Source of the DNA: an uncultured Sphingomonadaceae bacterium
GTDB lineage: Bacteria; Pseudomonadota; Alphaproteobacteria; Sphingomonadales; Sphingomonadaceae
DNA length: 64,000 nt
Direction of reading: 5' to 3'
NCBI GenBank assembly: GCA_964245585.1
Contig: CAXTMX010000005.1
Coordinates: 23-64,022, forward strand
Shown: piece by piece, positions 25,713 to 35,811 of the stretch
Position numbering within the stretch: position 1 is the stretch's first letter
Layout: every line of letters begins with the position of its first letter
Notes under the pieces: generated by a model
Told to the model about the DNA's origin: nothing
Databases searched by the model: none
Seen by the model: the letters and a program-made list of their open reading frames with translations, nothing else
Translations under genes and position numbers: made by a program

Positions 25713-26750
25713 ATGCTTAGGCTTCGGCGTCGTGGGAAGCGTGGGACGTGGTATATCCGCGGGAGTGTCACGCTTGGGGAGCGGCGGATCGTCGTCGCAG
25801 AGTATAGTACGGGAACGTGTGACAAGGCAGCGGCGTCGCACCTGATGGCGGTGCGCGAGCAGGAGTTGCGCGAGCAGCTTCTGTTCGGTCCGCGGGCAGT
25901 GGCGGCGAGTGCGGTGATCGCGGATGCGTTCGAGCTGTATCTGACCAAGCCGAAGCCGCCCAACTCGACGGACGTGGTGCGGGTGGGGGTGATGAACGAG
26001 CGGATCGGGGCGATGAGCCTGGGCGATGCGAAGGCAGCGTGGCATAGCTTCCGCGAGGCTTATCTCAGGAGCCATGCGCCGGCCGGACAGGATCGCTACC
26101 GCTCGTTGCTGCAGGCGGCGCTCAACGTCCATGCCGAGCGGTATGACCTGCCGCCGGTCAAGCTCAAGGCGATCCCGTTCGACAACCAGCGGATCCGCTT
26201 CCTGAGCCATGCCGATCGCGACCGGCTAATCGCGAGCTATGCCGAGCATGTCCGGCCGATCGCGACGATGTTCGCCTTCCAGGGTCCGCGCACGCAGGAA
26301 GCGCTGCAGCTGGTGTGGGGGGCAGGGGGCGTCGACATGGAGCGCGGCACGATCTTCTTCTCGCGGACAAAGACCGGCAGTCCGCGCACGGTCGAGATGC
26401 ATCCGCGGGTGACGGCGGCGCTGCAGCCGCTATGGCTGCAACGCGGGCGGCCGCAGCAGGGACATGTCTTCCTCAACCGGCTGGGCAAGCCCTACACCGA
26501 CACGCGCGACCTCGCGGTCCAGGGCGGCAACCCGCTGCAGAGCGCCCATGAGAGCGCCTGTGCGCGGGCCGGTATCGCCGACTTCAGGGTCCACGACTGG
26601 CGCCACCATTGGGCGAGCCATTGCGTCATGGCCGGCATCGACCTCATCACGATCATGCGACTCGGCGGATGGAAGTCGCTGCGCATGGTCCAGCGCTACG
26701 CCGCCGTCGATACCAACCATATGAACGAAGCCGTGAGGAAGCTAAGTTGA
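25713..26750 (+). CDS. Tyrosine recombinase/integrase
   Basis: GPRTQEAL (R), TKTG (K), HDWRHHWAS (HxxR), LGGW and VQRY (Y). Confidence 0.93.
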   Translation: MLRLRRRGKRGTWYIRGSVTLGERRIVVAEYSTGTCDKAAASHLMAVREQELREQLLFGPRAVAASAVIADAFELYLTKPKPPNSTDVVRVGVMNERIGAMSLGDAKAAWHSFREAYLRSHAPAGQDRYRSLLQAALNVHAERYDLPPVKLKAIPFDNQRIRFLSHADRDRLIASYAEHVRPIATMFAFQGPRTQEALQLVWGAGGVDMERGTIFFSRTKTGSPRTVEMHPRVTAALQPLWLQRGRPQQGHVFLNRLGKPYTDTRDLAVQGGNPLQSAHESACARAGIADFRVHDWRHHWASHCVMAGIDLITIMRLGGWKSLRMVQRYAAVDTNHMNEAVRKLS

Positions 26751-27176
26751 CTTAATCCGGTCTGGCTCACCCCAGCTCTCTATCCGCGAAAACCCTGCAG
26801 CTTCGAAAGTTCAGTGATGGGATGGAATGGCGCAGAGATGAAATAGTCGGCGATGTGCATGCCAGCTCCGCTAATCGGCGCTCGAGCGTTTGGCTGGATG
26901 TTATCGCCCATCGCGGAGATTGTAGCGGAGCGCTAACGTCCACCTCGAATATCTTCCTAGCCAGTCGCATCACGCTGACCACCGATCGATCCGGAGCCAC
27001 CGGTTAAGCCGTCATGCGCCATTCCGGCGACATCTCCGATTGAATAAGAAAAGCTTGCGGTCCTACCATCTGGAGTCAGTTGATTCTCAACATCATGACA
27101 TGCTGCGACATGTGATGTGAAGGTTGATCAATCAATCTGAGACGATCGCTCTATAACCACCTTAGCAAGATCGATT

Positions 27177-27518
27177 TCAACGTCGGCCACCAGGGTAGGG
27201 ATCGAACGGATTTGAACTAGGTTCCTCTTGTAAGGGCACTGCATTAACTGGTGGCGGAACCCTTTGTGGCTCAGTGATCTGCGGTACAGCGTCTGGTTCG
27301 GCAACAATTCCGATCATTCCGCGTGCGATCGAGGCTGAACCAAACAGAATGAAACACCCAAGGACAACCGTAAGGCCATCACGCAAAGGATATGTACCCC
27401 GCAACATCCGAAAGCCGATCCCCGCGATCGCAAGAACCGCAAGAGCTGATCCAACCTGTCCAAGAAATATATCCTGCACCCAAGCCACCGCGGCCACCAA
27501 AGCGCTGTCTTGAGTCAC
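27177..27518 (-). CDS. TrbC/VirB2-family pilin-like protein with Pro-rich C-terminal tail
   Basis: AVAWVQDIFLG..ALAVLAIAGIGFRMLRG...VVLGCFILFGSASI is clearly paralogous to the adjacent virB2. Start codon is uncertain. Confidence 0.75.
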   Translation of the reverse strand: MTQDSALVAAVAWVQDIFLGQVGSALAVLAIAGIGFRMLRGTYPLRDGLTVVLGCFILFGSASIARGMIGIVAEPDAVPQITEPQRVPPPVNAVPLQEEPSSNPFDPYPGGRR

Positions 27519-27694
27519 ATCCGGTCCTATGCCCACTTTCAAAAACGCTCGCGTATTGTGCTGCTCAGCATCCCTTATGGCAATGCCCCCGCGCATCTGG
27601 GCGTTGCCACGGACCTCGCCACAAACGGGTGGCTTCTCGTATGCAGGTCTGCCAAATGTCGGGACCGAGGATGGTGCGCCGTATGGGGGAAGCG

Positions 27695-28009
27695 TTGACT
27701 TGGAAGTCTACCACGCGGGCTTTAGCCGCTTTGGGTTTACTATCGCTTCCGGTCTCCGGATGGGCGCAATCTGTGCCCGATCCCGAGGGCTCCGGCGCCA
27801 TCATCGGCGCTGTCAACTGGCTTCAGGGGACATTGCTTGGTACCGTCGCTACGGTGGCAGCGGTAATCGCAGTCGCTTGCGTTGGCTTCATGATGCTGAC
27901 CGGCCGCATAAATTGGCGTCATGGCGTGATAGTCATCGTGGGCTGCTTTATCCTGTTCGGGGCGGCGAGTATCGTCGCGGGCATTCGCGCTGCAGCAACC
28001 GGGGGGTAA
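27695..28009 (+). CDS. virB2: T4SS pilin VirB2
   Basis: Signal peptide, then AVNWLQGTLLG..AVIAVACVGFMMLTGR..W..VIVGCFILFGA. Start is uncertain (TTG 27695 or ATG 27683). Confidence 0.85.
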   Translation: MTWKSTTRALAALGLLSLPVSGWAQSVPDPEGSGAIIGAVNWLQGTLLGTVATVAAVIAVACVGFMMLTGRINWRHGVIVIVGCFILFGAASIVAGIRAAATGG

Positions 28010-28015
28010 AAGCGC

Positions 28016-28303
28016 ATGGCGGTTGGACTCAAACGGGATACGGTTTTCGTAGCGCTGACGCGGCCACAAATGTTCGCCGGCGTGACCTACACGTTCTTTG
28101 TCCTGAATGGCATCGTCACCGCTGAGTTGTTTCTGATATTCAAGGCGTTTTGGGTGATCGGCGTTGCGCTGGTCGTGCATCTGGTCGGCGCGACGCTCTG
28201 CGTCAGGGAGCCACGTTTCTTCGATCTGTGGCTCGCCCGGGTAAGCCGTTGCCCCCGCGTTAGGAATTACACGCTGTGGGGATGCAACTCCTACCGTCCT
28301 TGA
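28016..28303 (+). CDS. virB3: T4SS VirB3
   Basis: FVALTRPQMFAGV, two TM segments, C-terminal WGCNSY. Confidence 0.9.
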   Translation: MAVGLKRDTVFVALTRPQMFAGVTYTFFVLNGIVTAELFLIFKAFWVIGVALVVHLVGATLCVREPRFFDLWLARVSRCPRVRNYTLWGCNSYRP

Positions 28304-30657
28304 CCCGCGATCCACGGGTCGTAGCGCGCGAAAAGCCGGCAGGTGCCCACTTGCCGTATGCACGTCATCTCGACTCCGTCACCTTGGAAACGCGCGACGG
28401 GCAATTGATGCAGGTGATCCGTCTCGGAGGTCTGCTGTTCGAGACAGCTGACACGGAAGAGCTCAATTACCGATCAGAGCTGCGCGATGCGCTGTTGCGC
28501 ACCATCGGCAGCTCTCGTTTTGCGATCTACCATCACGTCATTCGCCGCAAGGCTGAGGCCGTGTTGGACGGGCACTTCCCCGATGCGTTTTCCCGCGATC
28601 TCGACCGACAGTGGCGGCAGCGACTCTCGGGCCGTCAGCTCTACGTGAACGACCTGTTCCTTACGATCATGCGACGGCCTGTGCAGGGCCGAGGCAGTGC
28701 GCTTGAGCGCTTTCGCGATCTGATCACCCAGCCAATGATGGATCGCCGCTCAACGGCCCTCGCAGCGGAAAAACGCGCGCTCGATGCCGCAACTGATGCG
28801 ATCATGGCCTCGCTGGGCAGCTATTCACCGAGGCTCCTCGCCATTTGTCCGACCGAACGCGGCCTGCGCTCGGAACCTCTCGAGTTCCTTTCTTGTCTGT
28901 TTAACGACGAAATGCGGCCGGTCGGGCTGCCGCATGGCGATCTCGGGCATCATATACCGATCCGCAGGGTCAGCTTTGGACAAGATGCGTTCGAGCTTTC
29001 ATCGATCGGCGCCACGCCGCGCACGTTCGGCGCGATCGTGTCGATCAAGGACTATCCGGATCAGACCATGCCCGGGATGTTCGATGATCTTTATCGCCTG
29101 CCTTTTCCGATGACGATAAGCCAATCGTTTGCCTTCGTTGAGCGACGCCAAGCTCTGAGCCGGATGAATCTTGCATTCAGACGTATGCGCGCGAGCGAGG
29201 ACGAAGCTCTTTCGCTACGTGACGAGCTGGCGCGCGCGAAGGACGACGTTGCCGCAGGACGAGCCGCTTTCGGCGAGCATCACACGACGATCACGCTTCG
29301 AGCGGAAGCGCTCGAAGATCTCAATGCGCAGGTGGCCGAGGTGACGGCTGCGCTTGCAGATCTCGGTATCATGGGCGTGCGCGAGGACATCGCGCTGGAA
29401 CCAACCTTTTGGGCTCAGTTTCCCGGTAACTTCCGCTATGTCGTCCGCAAGGGTCTCGTCTCGACGGGCAATTTTGCCGGGCTCGCGAGCCTGCACAACT
29501 TCCCTGTCGGACGCCCGCGCGGCAATCACTGGGGCGAAGCCGTCACGCTTCTGGAAACGACGGCCGCGGGGCCGTACTTTTTCAACTTTCATCAAAATGA
29601 TCTCGGCAATTTCACGGTTATTGGCCCATCCGGCTCTGGCAAGACCGTGGTGCTCAACTTTCTTCTGGCCCAAGCACGAAAATTCGCGGCGCGGATCGTG
29701 TTCTTCGACAAGGACCGCGGAGCTGAACTGTTCATTCGCGCGATCGGCGGCCAGTACGATCGGCTACGCCCCGGATCGCCATCGGGTTTGAACCCGCTGC
29801 AGCTTCCCGATACGCCTGCCAATCGCCAATTTCTGATCGACTGGCTGACACAGCTCGCGGGCGCGGCCGACGCCGAGGAACTTGAGCTGATCCACGATGC
29901 GGTCGACACAAATTTCGAGCAGATTAAGTCGCATCGTCGGTTGCGTCACCTCGCTGAGCTGTTGCGCGGCAATACCAAGCCTCGCGCCGGCGATTTGTAT
30001 TCGAGAATCCGGCCCTGGTGGGGGGAAGGTCGACACGCCTGGCTGTTCGACAACGAAACGGATCTCACCGACCTGTCCGCCTCCGCGGTCGGATTTGATA
30101 TCACGGCGCTGCTCGACGATCCTATTCTTCGCACCCCGGCGCTCATGTATTTCTTCCATCGAGTGGAAGAGCGCCTCGACGGATCGCCCGCGATCATCGT
30201 GATCGACGAAGGTTGGAAGGCGCTTGACGATGAAGTCTTCGTTCGTCGCATCAAAGACTGGGAAAAGACCATTCGCAAGAAAAATGGCATAGTCGGCTTT
30301 GCGACTCAGAGCGCTCAGGATGCGCTTGAGAGCCGCATCGCCAGCGCCATCGTCGAACAGGCTGCGACGCAGATTTTCATGATCAATTCGAAAGCGCGCG
30401 CTGAGGACTATGTCGATGGTTTCGGGCTTACGAGACACGAATTCGAACTTGTCCGCACGCTTCCGGACAATTCACACAGCTTCCTGATCAAGCACGGTAA
30501 CGACAGCCTGGTCGCGCGTCTCAATCTCACCGGTGAGAAAAGCCTGCTCACGATATTGTCTGGACGGGAAGAAACTGTTCGCATCTTCGACGAGCTGGTG
30601 GGTGAAACGGGCATCGATCCCGGCGCTTGGATCCCGCCTCTACTGGCGAGAGCATGA
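28276..30657 (+). CDS. virB4: T4SS ATPase VirB4
   Basis: FWAQFPGN, GPSGSGKT, FFDKDRG, IVIDEGW and FATQS. Start may be TTG 28300. Confidence 0.95.
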   Translation: MGMQLLPSLTRDPRVVAREKPAGAHLPYARHLDSVTLETRDGQLMQVIRLGGLLFETADTEELNYRSELRDALLRTIGSSRFAIYHHVIRRKAEAVLDGHFPDAFSRDLDRQWRQRLSGRQLYVNDLFLTIMRRPVQGRGSALERFRDLITQPMMDRRSTALAAEKRALDAATDAIMASLGSYSPRLLAICPTERGLRSEPLEFLSCLFNDEMRPVGLPHGDLGHHIPIRRVSFGQDAFELSSIGATPRTFGAIVSIKDYPDQTMPGMFDDLYRLPFPMTISQSFAFVERRQALSRMNLAFRRMRASEDEALSLRDELARAKDDVAAGRAAFGEHHTTITLRAEALEDLNAQVAEVTAALADLGIMGVREDIALEPTFWAQFPGNFRYVVRKGLVSTGNFAGLASLHNFPVGRPRGNHWGEAVTLLETTAAGPYFFNFHQNDLGNFTVIGPSGSGKTVVLNFLLAQARKFAARIVFFDKDRGAELFIRAIGGQYDRLRPGSPSGLNPLQLPDTPANRQFLIDWLTQLAGAADAEELELIHDAVDTNFEQIKSHRRLRHLAELLRGNTKPRAGDLYSRIRPWWGEGRHAWLFDNETDLTDLSASAVGFDITALLDDPILRTPALMYFFHRVEERLDGSPAIIVIDEGWKALDDEVFVRRIKDWEKTIRKKNGIVGFATQSAQDALESRIASAIVEQAATQIFMINSKARAEDYVDGFGLTRHEFELVRTLPDNSHSFLIKHGNDSLVARLNLTGEKSLLTILSGREETVRIFDELVGETGIDPGAWIPPLLARA

Positions 30658-30658
30658 C

Positions 30659-31816
30659 GTGAGTTGTCAAGCCGTCCTCACTGGCCAGCAATTCCTCTCG
30701 CACGCCCTTGCACACGTCGACTGTCAGGCCGCGGCCATCGGGCGCTACGGCTACGGCGCGCTCGCCGATACGGGTTCTTCCGTTTCAATTGCTCTCACCG
30801 GCCTTCTAACGATATTCGTTGCCGTCTTCGGGGTTCGATTGCTGCTCCGCCAGCAACATGGCCTCCCGGATGTTATTGGTGATGCATTGCGTGTTGGCAT
30901 CGTGCTGACCCTCGCGACCAGTTGGCCCGCGTGGCGCATTGTCGGTTACAACTTCTTCGTCCACGGCCCTCTGGAGGTCGCGCAATCAATCGGATTGGCT
31001 GCGCAGCTTCCTGGATCGTCGGGCGATTACATCATGCGCTTGCAGCGCGTCGACGAAGGACTGGCGGTGCTTAACGACGCGGGAAGTGGTCGGCTTGGCG
31101 CGGCTACCGGCGACTGGTTCCAGCTCGGCTTGGCGCGTAACGCATTCCTAGCTGGCACACTCGCTCCGCTGGCCTTTCAGCGTTTGCTTACCGGCATACT
31201 GCTCGCGCTCGCCCCTTTGATGGCGGGCTTGCTCCTCTTTACCAGCACGCGCTTGCTATTCGCGGGGTGGTTGAAAGCGCTGGTAATGATGTTTCTGGCT
31301 TCGATTGCCATCAGCATCGTTCTGACGACCGAGCTCGCCTTTATCGAGCCGTGGATGGTCGATGTGTTGCAGCTTCGCTCCGCCGAAAGGCAAACGCTCG
31401 ACGCGCCCGTTGAGATTGTTGTAGCCACCATATCCTTCGCACTCGTGTCGCTCGGGGCGCTTGCCGTATGCGCTCGAATAGCATTCTATTCGGGGTTCTC
31501 CGGCTGGATCACTAAGGTCTCCGAGGTACGCTCCGAGGAGAGCTCTAAAGCATTTGATCGCCCGATCGCGATGTCGGCGGTGGAGTTTAACTCGCCGGCA
31601 CGCGCTGGACGGGTGGCACACGCGCTAAATGATTCAATCTTCCGAGAGCAGCGACTGATCTCTCGTGCTAACGTGTCCAGCGCTGCGACGGCCTCGACCC
31701 CAACCAGCGCGCTCTTTCAAGATCAGGATAGGCGCTCGGAAATCCTTGGGGATAGCTTCCGGCGCAACCGACAGCGTGTAACGCGTGCCGGTCGAGTTCG
31801 GGACGGTGCAAGATGA
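30659..31816 (+). CDS. virB6: T4SS VirB6/TrbL
   Basis: Polytopic membrane protein with LLALAPL...TRLLFAGWLK, located between virB4 and virB8. Confidence 0.8.
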   Translation: MSCQAVLTGQQFLSHALAHVDCQAAAIGRYGYGALADTGSSVSIALTGLLTIFVAVFGVRLLLRQQHGLPDVIGDALRVGIVLTLATSWPAWRIVGYNFFVHGPLEVAQSIGLAAQLPGSSGDYIMRLQRVDEGLAVLNDAGSGRLGAATGDWFQLGLARNAFLAGTLAPLAFQRLLTGILLALAPLMAGLLLFTSTRLLFAGWLKALVMMFLASIAISIVLTTELAFIEPWMVDVLQLRSAERQTLDAPVEIVVATISFALVSLGALAVCARIAFYSGFSGWITKVSEVRSEESSKAFDRPIAMSAVEFNSPARAGRVAHALNDSIFREQRLISRANVSSAATASTPTSALFQDQDRRSEILGDSFRRNRQRVTRAGRVRDGAR

Positions 31817-32604
31817 CCAAGATGCACGACGAAAAAGTTTCAGATTACCTTCGCGATGCGGAATCATGGTCGAATTCGATCAAGCGCTCTGAAGCTTCGT
31901 CGCGACGTGCAGCCTGGGTAGTCGCAAGCGGAGTCGGAGCTATCGCCTTCATCGAGGCAATGGCCATCGTCATAATGCTGCCGCTTAAGACTGTCGTGCC
32001 CTACACATTGCTGGTCGATCGCCAGACCGGTTATGTTCAAGGGCTCAAGCCGCTCGAGCGTGAGATCGTCGCACCGGATAAGGCGCTGGTCCGCTCATTC
32101 CTGGCGCAATATGTGATAGCGCGCGAAGGCTTCGATATCGACTCCCTCAACGACACCTACAAGAAGGTCGCGTTGTGGTCCGCTGATGAAGCGCGGCGGC
32201 GCTATCTTGAGGCAATGCAGATTTCAAACCCCGCCAGCCCGCTCGCCAGCTTGCCGCGGCGGGCGCTCGTTGAGGTACAAGTGCGCAGCCTGTCGTCGCT
32301 TAACAACGACACCTCGCTCATCCGTTTTTCAACGGTTCGGACCGATCCGGGAGGGCAGCCGCAGCCACCGCAGCCTTGGGTGTCGGTCGTCCGGTACCGT
32401 TTCTCCGGCGCTGCAATGAGCGCAGACGACCGCCTGCTTAATCCTCTCGGCTTCCAAGTGATTCGTTATCGTCGAAACCCGGAGACAGTATCGGCGGACG
32501 TTCCTCGTTCACTGGCAACGTCGACGGCGACAAGCGCTCCGGCCGTGTATGAAAGGAGGTCGCAGAGCATTGAAGTGGCACGAGGGGTCGGAATACAGCC
32601 ATGA
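31813..32604 (+). CDS. virB8: T4SS VirB8
   Basis: RRAAWVVA + TM, PLKTVVPY..VDRQTG, YVIAREG and NPLGFQV. Confidence 0.92.
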   Translation: MTKMHDEKVSDYLRDAESWSNSIKRSEASSRRAAWVVASGVGAIAFIEAMAIVIMLPLKTVVPYTLLVDRQTGYVQGLKPLEREIVAPDKALVRSFLAQYVIAREGFDIDSLNDTYKKVALWSADEARRRYLEAMQISNPASPLASLPRRALVEVQVRSLSSLNNDTSLIRFSTVRTDPGGQPQPPQPWVSVVRYRFSGAAMSADDRLLNPLGFQVIRYRRNPETVSADVPRSLATSTATSAPAVYERRSQSIEVARGVGIQP

Positions 32605-33302
32605 TCCGGCACGTGCTAGTCGCCGTTTTACTTGTGGAGAGCGCGCCCGTCCTGACTGCGTTGGCCCAGCCGCTCGACAATCGCTTACAGTCGATCACTT
32701 TCGAAGCAGATACACCCCAGCGTATCGAGACGTCGTCCGATATTATACAGACCGTTTTGTTTGAGCGCGGTGAACAAATCCGGTCGGTCCTTTTGAGCGA
32801 TCCGAGTGCCTTTTTTGTAAGCATTTCAGGCAGCGGCGATAGCCTTGTGCTCAGAGCCAACGGTCCAGGTGCCCAGTCGGTGATGACCGTAGAAACCAAC
32901 CTGCGTCAGTATCGTCTGCAACTTGTTGGGAGCGCGGGTATCAAAGGCGATAGGATCCCCCAGATCATTCGTTTTACCTACGGTGCGGCGACTGGAGACA
33001 TTCGCCGGGCTCCTGACGCGTCTCCGCCCGGGATCAGCTGGCGTCTATCCGGCGACGTGGGTCTCCGCCCGGCCAAGATCAATGACGATGGCGAGAAGAC
33101 CTATATCTCTTGGCCCGAGAAGGTGCCCATGCCGGTCGTGTTCGCTGTCGACTCGCGGCAACGTGAACAATTGGTCGACGGATATGTCCGAGCAGGATTT
33201 TACACAATCGATAGGGTTTACGAGCGACTGATCTTTCGTATCGATCGCCGGGAGGCGATGGCCAAGCGCGTTCAGGATCGCGAGGCAGTGAAGCATGATT
33301 GA
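32601..33302 (+). CDS. virB9: T4SS VirB9/TrbG
   Basis: Signal peptide, DNRL, GEQI, VETNLRQY and RP..DDGEKTYISW..P..P.VF. Confidence 0.88.
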   Translation: MIRHVLVAVLLVESAPVLTALAQPLDNRLQSITFEADTPQRIETSSDIIQTVLFERGEQIRSVLLSDPSAFFVSISGSGDSLVLRANGPGAQSVMTVETNLRQYRLQLVGSAGIKGDRIPQIIRFTYGAATGDIRRAPDASPPGISWRLSGDVGLRPAKINDDGEKTYISWPEKVPMPVVFAVDSRQREQLVDGYVRAGFYTIDRVYERLIFRIDRREAMAKRVQDREAVKHD

Positions 33303-34362
33303 ACCCTCCGTCCTGGCCACCGACGATATTCGCCCCGTTGTAGCACGCCGAGACAAATCTCGTGCTGTGCAACTTTTTGTCTTTGGCGCTATCGTTGCCG
33401 GCGTAGCGTTGTTCGCAACCCTCGAGGCGCGGCGCGCGTCAATTACCAGCCCGCGTGTTACTGCACCGATGGACAGTGCCGGCGAACCCTACATCAGCGC
33501 GCCGCCTCCTCTCATTGGTCCAGCCATGCGAGAAGCAGTCGAACCAGCGATAACGCCGATCTTACCAAGACCGATTGAGGCGGCGACGGTCCATAGTTCG
33601 CTGCCTGTTGGACAGACCCAGCGTTATCCGGAGCGCATGCCCACCTCGTTACCTGCAAGCATCGGCGCTGCCTCATCGCCACCGGCGACGCTGGCCGGCG
33701 GGCCGAGCAACGGACCGGAGCCAAGTTACGTATTTAGGAACGAGACCACCTCTCCTCGAACTGAGCCATCAGCATCTCCGGGAAAGTCGGATGAGCGGGT
33801 TCGCGCGTCGCGGTTTGTAGCGCCCGGGACGACGGTTGCGCAAGGAACAGTGATCCAGGCCGTGCTTGAGACTGCGCTCGACTCTAACCAGCCTGGCTTC
33901 GCTCGTGCAATAGTCTCGCAGGAGGTGTCCAGCTTCGACGGGACGAGAGTGTTGATCCCGCGCGGAAGCAAGTTGTTCGGGGATTATAAAGCCGATCTCG
34001 GTCGCGGCCAAAATCGTGCTCTCATTCAGTGGCGTCGGCTAACGCGCCCGGACGGCGCGATAATTAGCCTCGATTCACCGTCAGCAGATCCGCTCGGGCG
34101 GGCCGGCGTGCGCGGGAATGTGAACTCGCATTTCTTTGAACGATTTGGAGGCGCCATACTGCAGTCGGCACTGGACTTCGGGGTGCAGGTTGGCGCACGC
34201 AAAGCCGCTGGGGACACGGTCATCCTGGCATTGCCGGGAGGCGTTCAGCAGGTGAATCCGGTGAGGCCGGAAGCGGTTAGACCCACGTTGACCGTGAAGC
34301 AGGGCACGAGCGTCACGGTGTTCGTCGCGCGCGATCTGGATTTCACGGACGTGGAACCGTGA
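33295..34362 (+). CDS. virB10: T4SS VirB10/TrbI
   Basis: TM, Pro-rich linker, QGTVIQAVLETALDS, LIPRGSKLFG, DPLGRAG and VFVARDLDF. Confidence 0.93.
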   Translation: MIEPSVLATDDIRPVVARRDKSRAVQLFVFGAIVAGVALFATLEARRASITSPRVTAPMDSAGEPYISAPPPLIGPAMREAVEPAITPILPRPIEAATVHSSLPVGQTQRYPERMPTSLPASIGAASSPPATLAGGPSNGPEPSYVFRNETTSPRTEPSASPGKSDERVRASRFVAPGTTVAQGTVIQAVLETALDSNQPGFARAIVSQEVSSFDGTRVLIPRGSKLFGDYKADLGRGQNRALIQWRRLTRPDGAIISLDSPSADPLGRAGVRGNVNSHFFERFGGAILQSALDFGVQVGARKAAGDTVILALPGGVQQVNPVRPEAVRPTLTVKQGTSVTVFVARDLDFTDVEP

Positions 34363-35339
34363 ACGCACTGACCAAGAGCATATATCTCGACAGTTTTCTC
34401 GCACCCCTAGCGCCTTATATGGCCCGCGAGGAAATCACCGACATATACGTTAATCGGTCCGGAGAATTGTGGATCGAGTCAATCGGCGCGCAGGTGCAAC
34501 GGATTGAAGATCCCGCGCTAACGCAGGTCGCCCTTAGCCGGCTTGCTCGCCAGGTCGCCGCCATCAGCTCGCAGGGCGTAAGCCGGGAACACCCTCTGCT
34601 CGCCGCAAGTTTGCCGGATGGGTCGAGGATTCAGATCGCGCTTCCGCCAGCAACGCGCGGCGAGATAGCTTTGGCGATACGAAAGCACGTCGTGCAGCAC
34701 CTGACGCTAGACGCATATGAGGCCCAGGGAGCCTTCGCAACGTCCGATGCTGACATAAGACAAAGTGTGTCCCAATCGTCGAGCCGGGCAGATCGGCGAG
34801 AACGCTCTACCAAGGACCTTCTCCGAAGCGCGGTACGCACGCGTCGGAACATTATCATCGCAGGTGGCACCTCCACGGGAAAGACGACCTTTCTGAATGC
34901 ATTGCTCCGAGAGATCTCCCCCAAGGAGCGCTTGATCCTTATTGAAGACACCCCGGAACTCCAAATGACACATAGTAACTCTGTCGGCCTAATCGCGGCG
35001 AGGAGCCCAATTGGGGAAGCCGCAGTCAACGCCGAGGATTTGCTCATTGCTTCTTTGCGCATGCGGCCCGACCGCGTAATCCTAGGGGAGCTACGAGGGG
35101 GCGAGGCGATGACGTTTTTGCGAGCCATCAACACAGGCCATCCAGGTTCGATGACAACGATCCACGCGGATTCGCCAGAACGTGCCGTCGATCAGCTCGC
35201 GATGCTTGTCCTGCAAGGGGGAAACCGCATGTCGTGGGAGAACGTCGTGAGCTATGTTCGTCGCTCCATCGACGTGTTCGTGCAGCTGAAACGTAACGGA
35301 GGTGTCCGGTCGGTTGAGACCGTTTCCATGACCTACTGA
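34359..35339 (+). CDS. virB11: T4SS ATPase VirB11
   Basis: GGTSTGKTT, IEDTPEL, LRMRPDR and NTGHPGSMTTIHA. Confidence 0.95.
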   Translation: MNALTKSIYLDSFLAPLAPYMAREEITDIYVNRSGELWIESIGAQVQRIEDPALTQVALSRLARQVAAISSQGVSREHPLLAASLPDGSRIQIALPPATRGEIALAIRKHVVQHLTLDAYEAQGAFATSDADIRQSVSQSSSRADRRERSTKDLLRSAVRTRRNIIIAGGTSTGKTTFLNALLREISPKERLILIEDTPELQMTHSNSVGLIAARSPIGEAAVNAEDLLIASLRMRPDRVILGELRGGEAMTFLRAINTGHPGSMTTIHADSPERAVDQLAMLVLQGGNRMSWENVVSYVRRSIDVFVQLKRNGGVRSVETVSMTY

Positions 35340-35811
35340 CTTTAGCCACCCGCGATGGTGCGTGGAGTGATGATCTATCCTCGGCAACGCGAACGAACGC
35401 GAGACGTGCGCAGATGACTATGATCCGCATAAGAGAGGCCGCGCGGTGACTCGACTACCGCACCGACTATCATGCGGCCAGACGTCTTGCCGTCAGCTCG
35501 GATAGGAGCAATCAGTTGCGATATCTTTGGTGTGCGAGTCTATGCGTTCCCCACGATCGCGGGCGGCATTTCATCGTTGGCAAAAATCACATCGTTCGTC
35601 ATGCCCGCACGATTGAACGACGCATTTCAGAGGCGCTTGAAAGCCACCTTCACACCGAAACGGATGCACTTCAAAATTGTTGCGCGCGGTTACGAGTTGC
35701 AGCCGGCTATGCAATGAGATGCGACCGGGTTATGCGTCGGTGATGGGGCAACGTGTTCTGACGGGGGCGGGCATGAGACATTCAGGAAGCGCGTCCAGGG
35801 GAGAGTGGAAC

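Noticed and set aside
27695-35339. Calling the virB cluster the ICE conjugation system
   Set aside because: No coupling protein, relaxase or VirB5 is adjacent and the cluster is linked to rhs. It was not assigned to conjugation, though this is not excluded.
35677-35811. Longer Rhs N-terminus from the ORF track
   Set aside because: GTG 35812 has an RBS and yields a canonical signal peptide, so the upstream extension is unlikely.
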